This document shows positions 59,801-64,000 of a stretch of DNA of 64,000 bases, piece by piece. Origin of the DNA: a virus; IMG/VR virus record IMGVR_UViG_3300005573_000004, positions 64,001-128,000 of that record, one strand, 5' to 3'. The position numbers and the translations under genes were made by a program. How positions within the stretch are numbered: position 1 is the first letter of the stretch; every line of letters begins with the position of its first letter. Below the pieces are notes generated by a model. That model saw only the letters and a program-made list of their open reading frames with translations. It did not search any database and had not been told where the DNA came from.

Positions 59801-60524
59801 TGAAATTTTTACTAATGCAAGTGGAATTTTCCTTCCACCATTTGGTGGATATTTAACTGCAGATTTAGCAGGATTAGTTAAAACTGGTTTAGAAGACCTA
59901 GATACTACAATGAGTATAGTTTTTTATGGCTATGATGAAAAAACAGGATATTTTTATAGATTCGGATTACTACCTAGCGACTATTTTGGTCCTGGAGCAC
60001 CACGTGGAACAGTTCTTTGGGATGAAGATCCTGCACTTTTTGCATCAGCTCGTAATAAAGACACATATATTTTTGGTTGGAACCCAGCTTCTCCAGGAAT
60101 AAGAAAGGAAGGAGAAATTTTTATTACTCCTATTATAGATTTTAGAGGACAAGATATTTTATTTGTATATAAGGATGAGGGGACAGAGATTAATCCAACA
60201 GTTAAAGTAGTTGGACTGGAGAATAATAATAGAGTTATAAAGTATTCTGTTACAAAATTACACATAATAGAACCAAAACAATTAGAATCTATATTGAAAA
60301 AAACAACATATTTAAGTGACAAAGAAAATTCTTATTTATCTGGGACATTTGAAGGCAACGTATCTACCCTTGAAAGGCAAGATTTAACTACTGCTTATAA
60401 TCCAACCTTATATTATCGAAGAATAGCTATGATAAACGACTTAGTAAGTAAGCAAGAAGCTACTATATCTAAGTTGCCAAAGAAGTGGGTAGGTAATAAA
60501 AAGGGAGGAAATACTAATGGCTAA
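56889..60524 (+). CDS. Baseplate hub protein (large)
   Basis: DRVEIW..F.G.VT, E.YQ...G....KPP.YN and RPDI.PG.P..YYV.SI motifs. Confidence 0.65.
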   Translation: MADLDSLKQLILSNNIGQITRDNVIIQAPDILIYKNNINVFKGGAPLEAADYEIMSLPFNQEVADFRLISLTINADTNPNPHTASLQFAIPTAQNDTKVTYVTELDLPNEMDKWYLMDRVEIWISPNKGVLPYIRSFVGCVTSLSYEIREYQFIFTVQLKDMMFWLDQARVQTNWSMFDLALRRPQYITDPKDTSKWMIYSNRFAGLNFRHLIEKVLFNRKVKDLPYSAIAGSKVEGNPKEYDLYENEEFNLLPVYSAGEMYAILASVGINQSPVAELPYSSKFRNAVVNSIQNAPGGAIAKQLPQGSDSTKLGINANVIAQKVKSVDSNPPLQVNDIAFGFVENVAEAEELRAMQIRNQKAMSLYWEFAFFSYIRENYISLIREDDIALMPFPWESDSNSLVLYEGKFSSRGQIIRQLSEQTLYEIYQSNQGFIFVKPPLYNAPPINNIQASEISDIVKQENIDPVLTSATTEGIIDWKTMDKEMPQVTIPKNEYPFVLGAYQILFPKNFKLETPENFDFRDDALAFRVPIDSVPAYTQIWIQLQNENDRFVKDSLVLKLKEEVKSNGQIVKLDPLVGEKPQVLINVMLWKFYYKVLDPVQISALNSGLNAQIFYLEFSTKGRTVGTVVALDLFFAFIEEWLLAHMKDFGISDPVQIRKINYNIYTKIKQILDTNRVNTNKESGEISNQAVVEEERQNEIEKFNNNDLYQTIISSFSPTTSGSFSLMERFFISPGGYQSVDAYVEATFSYKKINLDPSYKQENAQWISEEVRRVHPSNLEKPTVLILIGGILAAESYKLKSYSTGEYNIMQHGFRDVKLNNNLIRSNLGASVFSKYYLYKNNVQAKTYTFTLQTLRPDIVPGFPILNTIDGCVYYVQSIALSLTAGESTQTTVTCVARRRPLFGLTDYVIEEGILGDANNYLEALSTWEQYSEETLDGLPIFTTSLEAASNPAYTFLGWEMYGPSDNDLGEIFTNASGIFLPPFGGYLTADLAGLVKTGLEDLDTTMSIVFYGYDEKTGYFYRFGLLPSDYFGPGAPRGTVLWDEDPALFASARNKDTYIFGWNPASPGIRKEGEIFITPIIDFRGQDILFVYKDEGTEINPTVKVVGLENNNRVIKYSVTKLHIIEPKQLESILKKTTYLSDKENSYLSGTFEGNVSTLERQDLTTAYNPTLYYRRIAMINDLVSKQEATISKLPKKWVGNKKGGNTNG

Positions 60525-61296
60525 TCCTATTTTTGCTAGAAGAATTGGCAGATTATTTAATACTCCTATAAATAATGAAATGGGTATGTCCGAGCTTTTT
60601 CCATATGCTGGAGTTATTATGTCAGTAGATGAAAAAGCATTGTTAGCAACTGTTAGTACTAGCAATGGAATAGTTACTAATGTTAAAATTCCTATTTTAT
60701 CTTATAGTCTTGATACTGGTATTTTCCATAAACCTTCTGTAGGAGATTATTGTTTGGTAGTTTCGACTGCTCGTGATGAGAAATATATTATCGGTTTTTA
60801 TTCATTTAATTCTATACAGGAACTAACTAATCAAAATAGAGTAATGCCGAAAGAACACACTTTAGTTATTAAAACTAAAGCAGGTGATACAATACAACTT
60901 TCTATAGATGAGGCTACTCCAACTATATCAGTACAGAGTCCAAAAAAACTTCAGCTCCAGGTTGACTTAGACAAAAAAAGTGGTATAATTAGTATAGATT
61001 CTACAGATACAGATGTGACTATGAAATTAAGTGTTGTTGATAAGGACGCAGGAAAAGAAAAAGCTTCAATTGAATTTGGTACTGAAACTGGTGATATGAC
61101 TCTAAAGACTGAAAATGCTTCAATTGAAATGAAGAGTACAGGAGAGGTAAGTGTTAATAATGGTCAGTCTCCTGTTGTTACTTTAGATATGTTAGCAGCC
61201 TTGGTAACTAGCGGGTCTGCCGCTTTTATCAACAGTGGAGCCTTCATCGGTGCAATTAATACGGAAAAAACTAAACCATATAAATTTACAGCATAA
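60517..61296 (+). CDS. Baseplate spike (gpV/gp45-like OB fold plus beta-helix)
   Basis: G.I..VD....V..P..G....P.VGD..LV..IIG; beta-repeat C-terminus. Confidence 0.7.
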   Translation: MANPIFARRIGRLFNTPINNEMGMSELFPYAGVIMSVDEKALLATVSTSNGIVTNVKIPILSYSLDTGIFHKPSVGDYCLVVSTARDEKYIIGFYSFNSIQELTNQNRVMPKEHTLVIKTKAGDTIQLSIDEATPTISVQSPKKLQLQVDLDKKSGIISIDSTDTDVTMKLSVVDKDAGKEKASIEFGTETGDMTLKTENASIEMKSTGEVSVNNGQSPVVTLDMLAALVTSGSAAFINSGAFIGAINTEKTKPYKFTA

Positions 61297-61307
61297 GAGG
61301 AAAACTA

Positions 61308-62294
61308 ATGGCATTTGATTTAGAATATATTTTAACAGAGTGTGACCACAGAATACACGATGAACTTTTATTTGAAAGTGTAATAACTTCTGACATAGTA
61401 GCGTCAGATGCAGCACGCTTTGGTTCTTCTTTTTTTGGGCGTAGTAGATTCGGGTATACTGTTTTTTATTTAAATGATAGATATGGAGCGAGTGGACAGT
61501 TTTTTGATAATCCTGATGGAACTGTTACTGCTGTTTTTCCATTAGTAAATAAAATAGCTGGCTCACCAAAGCTTTTTTATAAACTTCCATCAGAATATTT
61601 AAGACATCCACTTCCGCAGTATACGAGCACAGAACTTGGAACTCCTTATTATGGAACTTTTGGTATATATTATGGTGCAGATACTGATTATTATTTAGGT
61701 AGTTCAACTGAAGTTCCATCAGATTCTAATAGTTCTGCAAATGAATTATGGTTTATAGCATATGAACCAATGGCATATAAGGGCTATAATATTCCAGCTA
61801 ATAGTATTGTTATAAATAGATTTAATAATGAATATACTTGGTTATTGGATTATAATGTAGTAATGGAAGAATGTCCGTATTGTGAAGGAACTGGAGTAAA
61901 AAATGATTTAAAACTCAGTCCAATTGGTAGACTTAAATTAGTTGCTGATATGGATAAACTTATGCAACAAGTTATAAAAGCTATAATTACTTCTAAAGGA
62001 AAAAACATATTCTTTCCTAGTTATGGAACTATTATTCCGCAAGCAATTGGATCTCGTGGTTTAAATGGTTTTATCTTACGTGAAGAAATTTATCAACAAT
62101 TATCTATGATTGCTAAAAATCAACAAGATATACTAAATATGAATTCATTATTTTTTACTGCAGGAGAAGTATTGCATGATTTAATTGGGGTTCAAGTACA
62201 ACCATCTTCAGATCCAAGACAAATTAATTTATTAGTTACGATACAGAATAAAGCATCAGAAATGCGTACGTCTAAGACATTCAAAGTAGGCTAA
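61308..62294 (+). CDS. gp25-like baseplate wedge/sheath initiator with N-terminal extension
   Basis: KL.Q...K..IT.KG...F.P.YG and DPRQI motifs; CPYC. Confidence 0.72.
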   Translation: MAFDLEYILTECDHRIHDELLFESVITSDIVASDAARFGSSFFGRSRFGYTVFYLNDRYGASGQFFDNPDGTVTAVFPLVNKIAGSPKLFYKLPSEYLRHPLPQYTSTELGTPYYGTFGIYYGADTDYYLGSSTEVPSDSNSSANELWFIAYEPMAYKGYNIPANSIVINRFNNEYTWLLDYNVVMEECPYCEGTGVKNDLKLSPIGRLKLVADMDKLMQQVIKAIITSKGKNIFFPSYGTIIPQAIGSRGLNGFILREEIYQQLSMIAKNQQDILNMNSLFFTAGEVLHDLIGVQVQPSSDPRQINLLVTIQNKASEMRTSKTFKVG

Positions 62295-62304
62295 GGAGGA
62301 TTTT

Positions 62305-64000
62305 ATGGAATTAATACCAACTAAATCTCGTACTCAATTAGTTCGTGAAGTTATAGATTATATAAATAGTCGTTATCCGTCTGCAGATCTAAGTCCAGGT
62401 CTAGTTTTTAGAGATCTTCTTGTAGAAGCTCCTATGCAGTTCATAGGAGATACAGTTGCTATGACTAATTTTATTGGACAAATTTTAGATTTATCTGCTT
62501 TAGAGCAATTAGTATCTAATCCTAAAACTAGAATTGAAACTGCTATTGCTTTAGGAATAGATCAAACTGCTATGAACGATATTATTACTAAAATTATAGA
62601 ACTTTATGCAGCTAATTATAATATAGTTAGAAGAGTTGGTACTTATGCATCAGGAGTTTTAACATTTTATTCTATTGAAAAACCTACTGATATTATTAGA
62701 ATTCCTGCTGGAACTATAGTTCGTGTGCCTAATACTGGTATTTCTTTTCAAACTATTCAAGATGCTGCTTTAGATGGAAATAATTTAGATTTTAATAGAG
62801 ATTATGATACTCTTAAGAATCGTTGGTTTGTTAAAGTTTCAGCACAATGTACTATAGTAGGTAGTATAGGAAATGTTCCAGCGAATAGCATAACTCAAAT
62901 AGATGATACATCTATAAAACTTTCTGTAACTAATGAAGACAGGTTTACTGGAGGTTCAAATTCAGAAGATGATTATACTCTTCTAACAAGAGTAAAAAGA
63001 GTATATCGTGGGAACTTTCAGGGTACTGCAGACTCATTATTAGCTAACGTATTAGCTTATTCTGGAGTTAAAGATGCTGTAATTGCATATCTCCCAAACG
63101 ATCCTAATAAGATAGACGATTCAATTAATTCTATAGATATATTTGTTTATGCTAATAATAGAGTAAATTTCACAGATTCTGTACAACCAGCATTTAACTC
63201 AAATTTTATTGCACTTTCATCAAAATACATTTCAAATATACGTACTTTAACAATTCCTCAAGATAATAATTCAGATTTTTATGTTCCTTCATTTGCATAT
63301 TCATTATCCTATACTTCTGATGGAACTTCATATATAAGTTTTTCATATATCAAAGATAAATATATTTCTGTTTTGCCTTATTCTACTTATAGTTGTAAGA
63401 TTAAATTAGTTTTAAATGGAGATTCTCAAAAGCCAATTTATGGAAGCTTTCCAGATTTTTCAGATGATCAATATCTAAACTCTAATAGTAGACTTTATGT
63501 ATTTGTTAATCAAAATGGAATGTGGGATGATGTGACTTCAAGTTGTTTATATAAAAAAGATGGAAATGATCAAGCTATAATACTACCTGGATTAGGTTAT
63601 TCTCCAACTATTGCACTTAAAATACATCCAAAATCTACAGACATAATTAAAGTTAATTATGATTATGATTCAGTTATTTCTGATATGTCTACATACTTAT
63701 TTAGTTCAAGTCGTAAATTTGTTGGACAAAATATATATTTCTATCCAGCAACTCCAGTAGGTATTATTGCTCAGATTCAAATACAAGTTGATCCATCCTA
63801 TGGCACGACTGATCGGGAAGCTATGGCTAAACAAAAATATATAGAATTAATAAATAGTTATAGATTAGGTGCAGAATTAAACCAAACAACTTTTGTTTCT
63901 GAATTTTTAAAAATTGCTGGTATTGTAGATGTAAAAATACCATTTGATATATTCACACGAGATCAAAATACTCGCACCGGATCTAGTGATATTATTTTGT
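62305..64000 (+). CDS. Baseplate J-like wedge protein (truncated by the window end)
   Basis: SD AAGGAGG; MELIPTKSRTQLV..DLSPG.V.RDL, IPAGT.V, G..GNVPANSI and FTGGS..EDD..L..R motifs. Confidence 0.85.
   Translation, partial: MELIPTKSRTQLVREVIDYINSRYPSADLSPGLVFRDLLVEAPMQFIGDTVAMTNFIGQILDLSALEQLVSNPKTRIETAIALGIDQTAMNDIITKIIELYAANYNIVRRVGTYASGVLTFYSIEKPTDIIRIPAGTIVRVPNTGISFQTIQDAALDGNNLDFNRDYDTLKNRWFVKVSAQCTIVGSIGNVPANSITQIDDTSIKLSVTNEDRFTGGSNSEDDYTLLTRVKRVYRGNFQGTADSLLANVLAYSGVKDAVIAYLPNDPNKIDDSINSIDIFVYANNRVNFTDSVQPAFNSNFIALSSKYISNIRTLTIPQDNNSDFYVPSFAYSLSYTSDGTSYISFSYIKDKYISVLPYSTYSCKIKLVLNGDSQKPIYGSFPDFSDDQYLNSNSRLYVFVNQNGMWDDVTSSCLYKKDGNDQAIILPGLGYSPTIALKIHPKSTDIIKVNYDYDSVISDMSTYLFSSSRKFVGQNIYFYPATPVGIIAQIQIQVDPSYGTTDREAMAKQKYIELINSYRLGAELNQTTFVSEFLKIAGIVDVKIPFDIFTRDQNTRTGSSDIIL

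Larger units (their letters stand above)
1..64000 (+). mobile_element. Large myovirus-type phage genome segment (virion morphogenesis module)
   Basis: Co-oriented terminase, portal, capsid, protease, sheath, tube, tape measure and baseplate genes; no host housekeeping operons. Confidence 0.96.

Noticed and set aside
270-61719. Short minus-strand and alternate-frame ORFs in the track (e.g. 3667..3909, 16590..17261, 21912..22580, 35737..36112)
   Set aside because: They are shadows of + strand genes or of tandem repeats, with no coherent protein features.
1-64000. Stop-codon recoding as in some large phages
   Set aside because: Long ORFs tile the window under the standard code, and TAG/TGA end genes just before the next gene starts.
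50802-64000. Headless contractile injection system or tailocin
   Set aside because: A complete head and DNA-packaging module is present upstream.

Overview
A 64-kb, AT-rich piece of a large contractile-tailed dsDNA phage (myovirus-type Caudoviricetes) covering the virion morphogenesis region. Essentially all genes are on the + strand, with AGGAGG-type Shine-Dalgarno (SD) sites and the standard genetic code. Recognisable structural genes: GpA-type large terminase, intein-containing portal, scaffold, head decoration protein, an encapsulin-like HK97-fold major capsid protein (MCP), prohead protease, neck/terminator proteins, sheath, tube, a -1-frameshifted tail assembly chaperone with a predicted pseudoknot, tape measure and baseplate genes (hub, spike, gp25-like, J-like, the last running off the end). 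Two candidate undescribed systems stand out. (1) A recurrent S-F-[IV]-N-F-K-[KR]-[LIM] tag, with K-x-A sites at domain junctions, is attached to unrelated proteins around the prohead protease, including a Pol-beta nucleotidyltransferase and an encapsulin-type ferritin-like domain. A CCA-adding enzyme and a HAD/LigD-polymerase fusion in the head region carry only K-x-A leaders or a weak variant. Together this suggests a capsid-cargo loading and processing system. (2) A cluster of signal-peptide proteins (CBM3-like and Kelch passengers, Thr/Pro linkers) shares a C-terminal domain, suggesting a phage-encoded secreted adhesin or display system. All family calls come from reading motifs by eye; no database searches were run.
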